Shown: positions 39,401 to 53,000 of the stretch, piece after piece
Numbering within the stretch: position 1 is the stretch's first letter
How the letters are laid out: each line of letters begins with the position of its first letter
Assembly: GCA_000165425.1 (NCBI GenBank)
Contig: CT868207.1
Coordinates: 496,001 to 560,000, forward strand
Direction of reading: 5' to 3'
DNA from: Paramecium tetraurelia
Taxonomy: Eukaryota
DNA length: 64,000 bases
The notes under the pieces: generated by a model
Database searches by the model: none
The model's input: only the letters and a program-made list of their open reading frames with translations
What the model was told of the DNA's origin: nothing
Translations under genes and position numbers: made by a program

Positions 39401-40374
39401 ACTCAGGATGCCGTCATCTATGGGAGTAAACAAATTTTTGGGAAGCTGCTCAAATGACTATCCATCTATTCTTTAATTCTCATTAATCATAAATAAATTA
39501 CAATCAACTCTTTCATATTGTTCCACTCTGCTGTGAGTGTATAGCATTATTATTTTATCTTAATATTCAACTGAATGTTTCCCTTCTCTCCAACATCACC
39601 TATTGCTATGGTCTCCCCCTCTTAGTTTAAGTAATGTATTTTATCATTTATAACATTTGACCTGCTTTTCTTTATCAAATCGCATATTTTTACACCAGAA
39701 GTCAACTCCAGGTATTTTAAAATGTGTATGTCTTGCATTTCACTTAATTATTTGAATTAAACAAGTTGATCATTATATATTATTACAATTATAGATTACT
39801 TTGAGAAATGAGCTCCATTGCCATTCTGATTTATTATACTATTTTATTCAGCTTGGGGTAGGTTAGCTATTAATTCTTAGTTATCCTCATTCAAAATACC
39901 CTCCATATATGTAAAGGGCATAATTTTATTCATCCCCAGATCATCAATATGCATAACAATCTGTTATCGAACTCCCTTTAGATCGAGGCCTGTGTAAAAT
40001 TCAAGGCAATTTGCTAAACCTAAATTCACCAACCCTTTCTACTTTGACATTCTCATAGTTTTGCAGATTATCAACACCTCATCATCAATATTAATAATCT
40101 CATATTTTATAATATCGACTAGAATTCCCATCAAACCAAGATCTCTCAACCTTTAATTGATCTTCTTCTAATGTTTTACTAATTATTCAGCCATTTCGAT
40201 TCTTTAATCTAAAGCTCCATCAAAATTAGTTTTAACCACTAAGAGTGAATATTTGTCATTTGTTAATATTTGAATATATTCATAATCCACAAGATCATAA
40301 ATTTATCCAGCATTACTTAAAGTGCCAAAAAATTCTTCAATCAATGGACTTTTGATGTTGATATTAAAATTCAT
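36417..40374 (-). CDS. Large leucine-rich repeat (RNI-like) protein, several tiny introns near the 3' end
   Basis: LRR units such as IKELSFQGCPNITDEGISLL, VQKLDLSHTQI, LQILNISYSKF and LKSLSISLD. The frame continues to TGA at 36417 through GT-AG introns. Confidence 0.75.
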
Positions 40375-40471
40375 AAATAATTTATTTGATTAATTAATAA
40401 TTAAATTATTGAATCTTAATAAAATTAAGCTCTGGGATATATTTATTAGTTTGATGGATAGATGCTAAGAA

Positions 40472-40543
40472 TCCGCGTTAGTATAGTGGTTAGTATTCAA
40501 GCCTGTCACGTTTGAGGCCCGGGTTCAATTCCCGGACGCGGAG
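40472..40543 (+). tRNA. trnD: tRNA-Asp(GTC)
   Basis: 72-nt cloverleaf with acceptor TCCGCGT/ACGCGGA, D-arm TAGTATAGTGGTTAGTA, anticodon stem CAAGC-CTGTCAC-GTTTG and T-loop GGTTCAATTCC. Confidence 0.97.
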
Positions 40544-40544
40544 C

Positions 40545-40562
40545 TTTTTTTTATTTTTTTTT
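40545..40562 (+). terminator. Pol III oligo-T terminator of tRNA-Asp
   Basis: Run of T residues immediately after the tRNA 3' end. Confidence 0.8.
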
Positions 40563-41471
40563 ATTCCTTTAAATTATCAATTATTATCAATCAATATTTA
40601 TTTTAAGAACCAATAGCTGCTTGTAATAGTGTGGAAATTGTTTCACATTAAACTTTTACAGTTGAACCTCAAGAAATCATATGTTAAATGGATACAGTAT
40701 TACCATTCTATTAAACCAGTTAAATTTTAAGCCTTAATAATAATCTCGACTTAATTATATCAGATGTAATAAATGATATTTTTATGATCAAATACAACAT
40801 TTTATAATGTTTTATAAAGTAAGCTGAATAATAATCTTTAAAATACAGTAATAATAAAATTAAGTTAAATCATCATAACATATGTTTCAGTCTCTTAATT
40901 TCTATCCGATTTAAAACCTATGCTTCTTATTTGATTTTCTCATAATATAAATTATATCCCTCAATAATTTAGGATATAATTTTTTGTACCAGTTTATTCA
41001 CCCCATTCACTATTTCAATTATTAACTATGGTTGCATAGATTATCATCGATAATAGCAGGTGTATTACAAAATAAATCTGATGTTTGATGTATATTTGAT
41101 AATACAGAAATGATGAATAAAAATATATTCACTTAAAGCTTAGTTTATACAACTTTTTAGGACAAATAGGCAAAATACTAAAATGAAGTTTGCAATTGTG
41201 CTAATTAACTTCGATTAAGAGAATTATTTTATGATTCAATCCTGTATAAACCCTTATTCATGAAATTTTAATTAGCGTTTTTCCATCGCTGCTAATATTT
41301 AATATTTAAAAATTTTCACTCGTTTATGGGATTTCATTACTTTTGATTTAATAGGATTTTGTCTAGGGAATCACAATTACCAATATTATTTCAATTAATT
41401 AAGATTCCACTTAAACTCTTACTATTATAAGGTGAAAAACTTTAGAAAGCATTATTAATTTATTAATTATA

Positions 41472-41768
41472 ATGAATGATACGAGGGAAAATGAAATTTG
41501 CGAACAAGCAATGAACCAAGTGGAGTCTAGTATTCTCAAATATCTTTGTGATGAATTAAAACTGGAATAATTCACTGATCCACAATTGAAATAATTTATC
41601 TATGAAGACTCGAAGAAAAAATAGATATTCTCTTTACGTTCCCTAGACTCTGATACTGAGACTTAAGATAGCTTATCTTGCTCTTCCAGCAATAGATGCT
41701 CCCTCTAATTAACTCGATCTCCACTCATTCTCAAAAGGTTAAGTGTTCCCATAACAGAACAAATTTGA
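41472..41768 (+). CDS. Small hypothetical protein, 98 aa
   Basis: MNDTRENEICEQAMNQVESSILKYLCDE...LTRSPLILKRLSVPITEQI-TGA. Intronless and GC-richer than its flanks. Confidence 0.55.
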
Positions 41769-42063
41769 TGTTGATTTTGTGTGTTTAAGTTTGTTTAAAA
41801 TCCATTATATATACTATTCTTATCGCTATTATTCTGATAGTGGGTCAAAATGGCAGAACATCATCGAACTGATTTTTCTGTGAACGCGCTGAGTTACTAC
41901 GTTAAAACTTACTCCTAATTCCAGAATTATAGGAAAAGATTATGATTGATAAGTTAAATAATTCGTTATAGGAAGATTTTCATAAAAATAATTTGCTTGC
42001 ATATCATAAGTCAAGTTTTTTGAAAACAAAAATTATTACTTTAGTGATTAATTATTTAATTAA

Positions 42064-43487
42064 TCAAATATGTTTCTAATTATTTCTTTAGGACTTCTTC
42101 TGTGGTATATAATTGGTTGTATTGCATGGCACAATCGTAATATTAAATAACAAGGGGGAAAAAGAAGGTAAGTCAAAAAAAATTTAATTTTCTTGAACGT
42201 GTAAATATTTCTAGATCAATTTCAACTGAATTCATTTTTAACTCCATTTTTTGTTCTTGTTTTAATGGATTTTATCTCTAAGAACCTCCTTAATAGAATA
42301 GATTTCAATATCAACGTAATTTTATTATTATTAGAGAAAAATACATAAACAAAGCAATTTGTTTAATACTGCTTGAAGTTTACTTCAATATCAATACTTA
42401 ACATAATTATATATAGATTGGAAAATGGTGCTTTAATTCTGAGAACATAAATAATTATTTTGTAAAAATAGTATAAATATTAAGAACTGCATTTTTAAGA
42501 TTACACATCCTTATTTAATCAGAATTTAGATTTTAATTTAGTTAAACAAACCTCAAGTGTATTATTAAAATTCTCTTTTTATACTATTTTAAATAGATGG
42601 TATAAATACGTTAATGCTCTAATTCAGCATTTCTTAAATCTTTATATTTCTTAATTTATGAAGTCATAAAGTTTTATAATTAAGCTCTGCAATCTAAATT
42701 ATTATTATTGCTAAATTAAACTAGACATTCAAATTGTAATTTAAATCCTTCAGTTTTAATTAATTAATGTAATTCTTCATTTGTTATATTGTTTATATTA
42801 AATTAACTGCATAATTAGACAATCCTATGTGTATTCTACAAAGCCATTTATATTCTATTCTTTTTTGGTTAACTTTTTGGGAGGAGGATCAATTACTAAT
42901 GAGATAGTTCTTTTTTTTCTTGATTCTTCAGGAGGTTTGATGATGTCTTTACTTTCTTTTTTTTGAATGGGTTTAGGTTTAGGCAATTAATGAAATTGAG
43001 GTTTCAAGCTAAATTTATGAGTGGTAGTTTCATTTTCGGAACTTTTAGTAGTTTCAAAACTTTAAAAATTCTATTTCAATTGTAGAGGAGGAAAAATAGT
43101 TTTAGGACTGTTTTGCCTATTTTTATTAGAACTTGGTTAAATTTGCAAGGATCGAATATGTAAAAGTCTATCGTTTTTTAGAATGTCAATCATCTCATCG
43201 ATGGAATATTTGTTTATATCTACATTCTGTTGAAGGGTTTCCTTTTCTTATTTTTATTTGAGTTTCTCCACAATTCTTTCGATTTATTCTTATAATGTTG
43301 TTGAACTAGGACTTTTTGTTAAAGATTATTAATAGCAGGAAACAGTGCTTTAATATCTATTTGTGATTCCTTGATTAAAATGATTTTTGGGTAAAATCCC
43401 ATTCAATTTGAGTTGTTCCTATTAATTGACAATCAGAAGTGGGTTTAGATTCTCTTTATTAACCTTAGATTATTAATTCACAAGCAT
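42064..43487 (-). CDS. Hypothetical protein (3' end uncertain)
   Basis: MLVNQQSKVNKENLNP...RQNSPKTIFPPL...PKPKPIQKKE is open to about 42777. Continuation beyond that needs a frame change I could not resolve. Confidence 0.4.
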
Positions 43488-43795
43488 TGTGTTTTGTTTC
43501 CGTTAACAAATTTTATTAATAATATTTTCTGGAATTAATTCTGATAGAATAATTAGAAGACATTGAGCAATTAAATCCAATATAAAACATGTAAATGAAT
43601 TGGAATAGAATTACAAAAGTTTTAATTTGTAAATGATATTAAAATAAATAGACAGTTATCTAGATTATCTAAACTAAGAATTATAAATTATAATTGAGAT
43701 TGATGAATCTTGGATGAGAATGAAAATCTTCAAAGAAATAACATGGATAAAGGATGAATAGATATTGATTTTAAATATATTTTTAAGTTTAATTA

Positions 43796-45578
43796 ATGAA
43801 TCACTAGGATAATGCATTGAAGGGAGTTCTTAAATAATAATTGATTGTCGATTCAGAAAGTGGACCCTATAAATCAATTTAAGAAGCAATCGATAAGGCT
43901 GAGCCCAATACTGTAATAAAAATAGCACCAGGACTTTATTCTTCAAACATAGTTATAAATAAGCCAGGCCTTCGTTTAGAGCCTAAAGAAAAGGTTGGAG
44001 ATATAATTTTGGTTGTCCCATCGCAGCCTACTGTATTAGTGGATTTGGTAGGTGACCAAGTATGCACATTGATTGGATTAAAAATTTCTCATAGCGGTAC
44101 AAGTGAAGAAGTAGAGGAATTGGAAAAATTGATTGAAGGGTAGGAAATTGCAAAGAATTTATTTGGAGGTCATGAGGATGGAGGACCCGGAATGGAATCA
44201 AATCCAGATGAAGAATTTGTAAGTAAAGTGCCTATAGAAACAAGTATGAATTGTGTTGTATTACTTAATGGTGGTAAGTTGATTATGGAAGATTGTTTCA
44301 TAGCTTTAAAGTAAGTGATTAATTACTGATTTAGTTTTATTGTTAAATCTTTCAAAGGTATATTACCTGGAGTTGCAATAAATAATGGAGCAGAAGCCAC
44401 TTTGACTAGATGCGAAATAAAAGGAACTTCATCCAAAAGTTAAGATGCTAAAACTATTGGTATTTTAATAAAGTTGGGAGAACTATCAGTTATAGAAAGC
44501 AAAGTGCACAATCATACTTACGGAGGGATTCTGATTCAGCAATCACCCGGTAATAAAACTATTAAAATTTTCAAAACTAAAGTATTATAAAATAAGAAAG
44601 TTGGTATTCATGTGGTAGGTGCAGATGCGGTTCCTTTAATAGAGTAATGTAAAATTGAAAATAATGAAGGACCAGGCATCAAAGTAGGAATTGGCAATAA
44701 AGCCAAGATTTATTAGAATGATATTAAATCCAATGTTGTTGGAATTGAGGTAATGTCAGCAGAACCTTAGATTTTTTGTAATAAAATTGAAAAGAATTTT
44801 ACTGATGGAATTTTGACAAAAATATTTGAACAATTAAGGTGTGATTGTAAAATTAGATCCAATCAAACCATTTCCGGAAACAAGGAAAATGGGATTCATT
44901 GTACTGGTCTGAACAATTATACAAGGATTGAAGACAATAGCTTTATAGGTTATAACAAAAAGGCAGGAATCAAAGCAGATACAGAATCACGCATAACTAT
45001 ATTTAAGAATAAAATCTTAAGAAATCTAGGCTAGGGAGTGTTGTTAGTTGAAACTTCATCAGCTGTCATAGAGAAAAATGAAATTACTGAGAATATTAAA
45101 GCGAATATAGCCTTGGGAGGATCAAATTCAGTAGATACATTTATTGTTGAAAATAAAATTATGGGTGGAAGATGTGAAGGAATATTCTTAATCGAAAGTG
45201 GTAAATGTTACATCTTTAGAAATACTATTGCTGAGAATGTATTAATTTATCCTATTTAAATAGAATGATGGTATTGTTTGTATAACAGCAGTTCCCAATA
45301 TCAGACATAATAATATATAGAAGAATAAAAGTAATGGAATCATGATACTGAAGGATAGTCGACCTGAAATTATTAAAAATAATATTAATGATAATGATGG
45401 AATTGGATTGTTTATCAGAGACAAAAGTCATGGAAAAATCCTAAAGAATGTGATTAAATCAAATGAGATTGAATTAGTGGTTGAAAGGAGAAATCCATCT
45501 TTAGAATCTATTGTATAAGAAAATGAAATAAGCGGTGATATTAGAATACCTTAGACCTATGATTGCATATTATAATGA
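43796..45578 (+). CDS. Right-handed beta-helix (PbH1/NosD-like) repeat protein ending in CaaX (CILQ)
   Basis: YKSIQEAIDKAEPNTVIKIAPGLY, many I..N...GI repeats (ISGNKENGIHC, IGYNKKAGIK), and terminal YDCILQ-TGA. Confidence 0.88.
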
Positions 45579-45671
45579 ATTTATTAATAAGATTACAAAT
45601 TTATTCAATTTTTCAATAGTAATAACAGTTAAAGTATTAATTAATATGAATATCCATAATTATATAATTTA

Positions 45672-46984
45672 TCAAAGTATTTTTTTCGATTTGTTCTCTT
45701 CCATAGTCCTTTTCTTGTCAGCTAATTTAATTTGGGATTGAACAGATCTAAGTTCTTATTCTTATTATTGTATTCTATCTAATATCGGTATGTATTTTTG
45801 CGAATACTTTTCCACATACTTAATGTATTTCTCATTTCTTGGACTTTTTTATCCAATCAATTCTTTTCTAAAAGTTGAATTATTTCTTTCTATCTTCAAT
45901 TTCTCTTTTCTTTAATTATCCGTGAAACTCTCATCATTTTAAGTCTTGAATAAATAGAAATGTATACTTAAGCGCGAACATTCAATAATTCTTATCGAAC
46001 TACTTCATTACTTTTTTGAACATGATTCTTTAGATTTTATCTATTCAATAGGAACTCATCCTTCTTATTTTTAAATTCTAATCTACTTATATCTCTCTAA
46101 ATCATCTCCAACTCTTTTTTTAAAGAAATAATATCATTGTATACACCTCCCCCATTTACGGCTTAACATTTTGGTTACTTTTAAGTGCTTTCCTTATTAA
46201 AATCTCCAAAAGATTTCTCCTAACTTTTACAGAAGGATAAGTTTAAAGGAGATTTTGGACTTGAATTTTCAAGAAATCTTCTTATATTGGATATAGATGA
46301 ATTATGAGGGTGATTCATTGATATGTTATTTTTAGTTGACCTGGTTGGTGATTCTAACACATTTTAATTGACTTTGTCTGTTGTTCCTATTTCCATACTT
46401 TAATCATTTTATTTTTAAACTGTCGGTTGATCGGGCTATGTTTCTTAAGTTACCTATAATATGGCCACTTCATCAACCTCGTTTTCATCGTTATATTTCT
46501 TTATACAAGCATCTTTTAATTCTCTCATTAAGATTTAATGTTTCTCTTCCTCAACTTCTACAATTTTGCTCAGAATTCCCTTGGCAACATCTGCAAAAAC
46601 TGTTATCTGATTGTCTTTATTTAATTTATCATATTCATCAAGCCAATATTGGCATCTTTCAATTTGCTTTTTGTTTAGTTCATTAACGTTCAATTAAGTT
46701 AACTAATTTACTGTCTATTCGTAATTATTCAATAATTTCTATATTCTAAACCACTAATCACTTTATTCGCCCAACAAGTTAAACAAAGCAAATATTTGAT
46801 ATTGTATTTGTTATGGTGGTCTGGACTAGTATTTAATTTTAGTTAGCAAAGGTTTAGAAATATTTGTCAACTTATTTCTAATTAGGTTTCTATCAATAGG
46901 AGATCTCTCCCTAAAAGAAATGTACTTTAGGTTTTTATGAGGTAGAGGTGGATATATACAAGGGCATTTCGGTCCCATACACAT
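45672..46984 (-). CDS. Hypothetical protein
   Basis: MCMGPKCPCIYPPLPHKNLKYISFRERSP... long frame open in the ciliate code. No family recognised. Confidence 0.6.
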
Positions 46985-47642
46985 TTGCAAATAAATTTTT
47001 ATTAATATTTATTAAGTTAATCAATAAGACTCATAAATTCCTGATAATTTTTATTGTGATTTGTAAATCCACATAAACTATAAGTTATGTTATGTCATCT
47101 TAAATCCTTTAATTTATGTATCATAAACATATAGATTAATATAAATTTAACTAATTCATTGATATGACTCTCCCCTCTATCTCTAATACTCTAGATAATC
47201 ATAAATGTGATCAAATAAAGCATTTTGGCTTTAACAGGTCATAGAACTTACAGATGTTTCCCAATCACAGTTTTGATGGAATAAGGAATTAGCCTTAAAA
47301 CTTAGATAATCTATATTCACAATTAATTATAGATTGGGTTGCTTGTTCATTTTTTCCATCCTGATACTTCAATTTTTAGATATTGATATTCAATTGTTTT
47401 ATTCATAAATAAAAAAAACAGGATTCAAGTTGCTATGGAATGTATCGAGAAAATAGTTATTGTTAATTTTATGAATAGAAATTTTAATATAGATACAATT
47501 TAATTAAAAATAAAAAAGACTTAATTTAATGTAATGTAAATTTTAATGAAATTTCAAAAGTTGTAAATAATGACGTTGTGTATGCATAAATAAGCTGATT
47601 AAATTAAAAAATAATATTTATTATTAAATTTGTTTATAGAAA

Positions 47643-48958
47643 ATGCAAGAAGAGGAGAATAACTAATAGCCATCTCGCAAGATAAAGTTTGCTTTACCCA
47701 AAGGGCATTTCCTCTTTACATCCGAGAGTGTAAGTGCAGGTCATCCAGACAAATTATGTGATTTTATTAGTGACAGCGTGCTTGATGCATGTTTAGAATA
47801 AGATCCAAACTCTAAAGTTGCTTGTGAATCTGCATGCAAAAACTCTCTTGTAATGATATTCGGAGAAATCACAACTCATGCTCAGGTTCCTTATGAAACC
47901 ATCGTCAGAGAAGCCATAAAGTAGGTTGGTTATGATAACATAAGTAAATTAAGTATTCTAATATATTTAGGCAAGGGATTAGACTATAGAAATGCTTCAG
48001 TTATAGTGTCATTGGATTAATAATCATAAGAAATCAATTAAGCAGTCGTTGGATCCAAACATGAGGATGAAATTGGAGCTGGAGATTAAGGATTAATGAT
48101 TGGATATGCTTCTGATGAAACCCCAGAATTAATGCCATTAACACATCATCTCTGCAATAAATTGATTTCAAGACTCTAAGAATGCAGAGTAAATGAAATC
48201 TGTCCTTGGATGAGACCAGATGCAAAGGTCTAAGTTACTGTAGAATACAAACGAGTAGATTCTTCATTTTATCCTGTTAGGATTCATAATGTACTCATCT
48301 CCCAATAACATGATGAGAAAATAACTCATAGTGAAATTGAGGCAGAATTACACAAGCATGTATTAAAGTAAGAAATATTTATTCTATTCATTATAGACAC
48401 ATTTTGCCAGAGAAATACGTTGATGAATAAACACAATACCATTTAAATCCTTCTAAGGCCTTCACTGTTGGAGGACCCTATGGAGATGCTGGATTAACAG
48501 GCCGTAAAATCATAGTGGATACATATGGTGGATGGGGTGGCCATGGAGGAGGTGCCTTCTCTGGTAAAGACCCTACCAAAGTGGATAGAAGTGCTGCTTA
48601 TGCTGCAAGATGGGTGGCTAAATCATTAGTTGCATCAAAATTATGCAAGCGAGTGATGATTCAAGTCGCCTATGGAATTGGTATCAGTGAGCCTCTCTCT
48701 ATCTGTGTTAATTCGTATGGTACACATGCTGAAGGACTTGATGATGATGCTTTGTCTGAGATTGTCCAAAATCATTTCGATCTCAGGCCAGGAGTTATCA
48801 TTAGAGAATTGAAATTAAGAAGACCCATTTATGCTAAAACTGCCTCTGGAGGACATTTCGGTAGAAACGAGCCAGAATTTACTTGGGAACACCCTAAGAT
48901 TATAGACTTAAATGCTTGGAAAACCCACAAGGCAGAATAATAATAACAAAATTAATGA
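47643..48958 (+). CDS. MAT: S-adenosylmethionine synthetase, 2 introns
   Basis: [77 protein letters not shown]. Confidence 0.98.
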
Positions 48959-49264
48959 TAAAACCCAAATGAATTTATTAACAAAATAAAATAAACAAGC
49001 ATAATTTTCATTTTTTCTAATACCTTTATTATTTTATCATATTGATTTTTATCTGTATTTAATAATATGTTCAATAATACTTTAATTATTTGTTATGAGA
49101 AAAGTATTATTGTTTTATAAAATATAATAAAAATATTAAGATTATTTAGATTACAAGTATGTTGAATAGGATGATTAATTTAAAACTATCAATATTTATC
49201 AAACTTCTATTTCATTCAATTAAAAAACTCTGTTATTTTAACTTAATAATAAATTTTATCAATA

Positions 49265-50053
49265 ATGCTGTTGCAATAATCAAGAAAGAGTGTGGCTCAA
49301 GCATAATAATAAACTGCCTCGTCTCATACAATAAAGATGATTTCTGAAAAATGGAAAAGAATATCGTCCGAGGTTGATAATCAAAAAGCAAGCAGACTCT
49401 AATAGCTATAAGAGAAAATGAAGGAGATTGAAAAACAAGCATTAACGGTTAATAATCACGAAATCAAATAATTATAAGATTCAATAAATACTCTCAACCA
49501 AAATGTTTAAGATCATTTGACTCAAGACTATAATCACAAAACCCAAAAAGCATATGAAAATAGCAAAATTTCTTTAGATAAGAGTTTACAACAACAAAGC
49601 CAATAATCCATAGACATGGACAAAAGAATTTCTCATCTCCTTGATTGGAGCAATCTACAAGACCAGCTCTCAAGAAACGAATCACAATATGATTTTGCTC
49701 TCCAGAATAAATTATAAACGATAGCAGATTCAGTTAATTAGATTGAAGACATCCTTGAAAGCGAAAGAGAATAAAGGTAACTCAATATTTAAAATGATAG
49801 ATTGCAATCCTTCGAGTAAATTGAGGGGGAATTAGAACAAAATCTTTTTCAACTTAAAAACTACATTACTTCAGAATCTACTCTAAGAAGACAAAAGGAA
49901 AACAAAATATTCGATATGATCAATGATGTGCATCAGAACTTGTAATTGATGTTGCAGGATGAAAAGAAAGAAAGATAGATCATGACAAACAATTTGATGC
50001 AATTAATGGATGATGCCTGTATTAGAATTGATAGAAGTCTAAGTTCATTTTGA
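49265..50053 (+). CDS. SF-assemblin/beta-giardin family striated-fibre protein, 1 intron
   Basis: Short head, IKMISEKWKRI, then a coiled coil with E..ER periodicity ending EKKERQIMTNNLMQLMDDACIRI. Confidence 0.7.
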
Positions 50054-50072
50054 TAATTTTATATTTTAATTA

Positions 50073-53000
50073 ATGGCATAATCTTTAAGTTCTTAATTGG
50101 GCTAATTACAACATCAATAAAAACAATATGCATCGCTTCTCTACACATAATAAGTGAGTGCTAAAACAGATTTGGATACAATCTATTATCAAGGTTGTAA
50201 AGGAATGAATAAATTGACTCAAATAGACACTCGATTCTCCAGATTCCAGGAGTCATTATTCAACGTCTAAAACAAAGGTACGTCTCTTAATTTCATTATT
50301 TGTAGGCATCACAAGATAATTGTAAACTAAATAGCAAAATGCTGATTTGGATAAAGAAATTAGATAATGCTTATTATTGATGTCATAATATTGGACATTT
50401 GAGGGCACACATTCTGCCATGGAATACCTGCTAAGAAATTACAGAGTTCATGAATATTTGGTTGACGAAGTTATAATCTACTTCTTAGTTTATCATAACA
50501 CTAAGTTATATGTTAGATTATTGCAAAATTTAGTAGATTAACAAAGGTATTTCTTAAGTAATATATTTTGAAGGAATTCTATGTGGGCATTCCTCTATGA
50601 ACCAATCAGCAGAGGACAAACTATCCCAAGAGATTTGTTAATCAGACAAATGCAATTGGATTACAGAATATTGAAGAAGATTATTGATTATCAATGCTTA
50701 TTACTATAGAAAGTAGAAGTATAGGAAGAAATCGTATTTACAGTCTAAGATTACTTATATACAGAACAAGAGATTCAAAATATTAAATTAAGATAACCAA
50801 ATTAATTAGCTTTTCTTTATTCTATTTTATAAGACTTAAAAGTCACAACCGGTTACATGGATTAATTGAGAGGTTCATTTGGCAAACTATTGGCTTTATG
50901 TATTGAAAATTGCACTGATGAAAATAAGTCATTTGCATATCTCATATTTAATCTATAATTGTTTGATCCCACTAAAATTTTGTTGACTGAAAACCAAATT
51001 GAAAATACAGCTTAATGGATATACTCTTAAGTCTAACATAATGACAATCTTTTGGATCTCGCTATTTTATTCTATTAATTCGGTATCAAAACCACATATG
51101 AAACCTCTTTAATTTTACTTAGCAAAGATCTCTCCAAATTCTTCAATAATGGTTTGCTTTTAATCGAAATCATTAAATAATTGAAGGATATCCAAATACC
51201 AGAAAAACAATTACATTAACTAATTTTCTATTTGAAACATTAATTATCAAAGAATGATACTCACTTCTTAGATTCTATTGTATCCATAATGCATGATTAA
51301 ATAATCACCGTTGTTAGACCTTATTTATAAGATACCTAATACAAGCACCTATTTCCAAAATCAAATCAAATTCATTTAACATTTAACAATTCAGAACAAG
51401 TGATCAAACAATTAAATTAGAAGGACGCTGACCTTTCCATTGGAACCTTGGTTAATTTAATTGAGGATTCATATAACTATTTCATCAAGTCCAAAAAGAT
51501 TTAGTTTATTAAAATCTTGAATCAATCATTATAGATTGCTGAAACACAATTCCCACAAACAGTCATGTTTAATACTAATAAACTTTATGCATTAATCAAC
51601 AACATTTCTGATCAAACTGATAATAGAGATCTCATTTAAAGTCTTTTACCAATTTTTACTTACACTCATACAAAACAAGTAGATGCCAATTATTATGAAT
51701 CATTGCTCTTGTTAAATGTTCATTTTTAGATTGAAACAATCAATGAATTTTCAAAATCAAATAAAATCTTAAAGCAAGTTTCAAACAAAGAATAACTTAT
51801 TAAATTAATTTAACAACAAGATGAAAAGTTGATAGAATCACTTTTGTATAATAATCAAGTTTAAAAATTGTTAATCTATAAGCAATTATAGATTTAATTA
51901 AGTTACATTTTGTAAGATGAATAAAAATTATAGAAATTCATTAATGAATATACAGAGGATGATTAATTTATTGCTAAAACAATGTAATCATTATCAATCA
52001 TATAACTACTAAATTTAGAGAACTCTCTCTGCATAAAATTTATAAAATCTATTGAAATTGATCCCCAATTATTTTTCAATACTGAGTTAAATCACTTAGG
52101 ATCCTTAAAGATTCTATTACATAAATCTAGCAGAAATGTGAACTTCGCATTTAAGCTATTTTTAATCTATGACGATTTAACAGTCGAATAACAGGAACTT
52201 TACCTTTAAATTGCAGCAGAATTAAAAGAAAGTTTCAAAAGCGATTTGAAAATTTAGAAGATTCAGTTTTCATAATCTCTATTATAATAAACAATTGGAT
52301 CATTGATTAAAAATAGAAAGGAGGCTAATTTCACTAAAACTCTTGGAAACTTAAAAGATTAAAATGCTCTTCTAGATTTGTAAACTCTGTATTTAGAAAA
52401 TTTCAATGATTTAAGATATAGATAATTAAGATCAATTTGTAGTACATTTACAAAAACAAAACAAAGCATCAAATAAGATAAAGTTATTAGTCTTATAAAG
52501 TTTATTGAGACTAATTTTAAGTATGATCTACTTTAGAGTTATCTTAATATTTTAAAGTATTATGGTAGCATAAAGGATCAAAATGAAGAAATTGATTTCT
52601 CATTTTTGAAGAAAACTTTATTCAAACTGCCAAAAGATTATTGTGCTGTTATCAATGAATATATCAGTCAAGCAAATTTATTTAGTGCAGAAGTAAGAAC
52701 TTAGATGATAATTTATGTATTCTCACATAATTTAAAAAATAAACAGATAGTTGTCTAAGATGATTTAGATTTTGATCTTATTATCAGCCTATTGGAAACT
52801 CCTAATTTAGACATCTTAACACATTTAGTAGATTTGTTGAGAGCCAACATATAACACATCACTGTGGAATCAATAAGAAAATGTTTCAAATTGAATATCA
52901 ATTAGCCAGCACAAATCATATTGATCTCTCAAATACTTTATGATTATTTGGATCATCATTAGATAAACTTATTAGAGGAATGCTCTTCACTCTAAAAAAA

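Noticed and set aside
41820..41910. GC-richer patch considered as a snRNA/snoRNA
   Set aside because: No U1-U6, U3 or SRP signatures and no properly placed C/D boxes.
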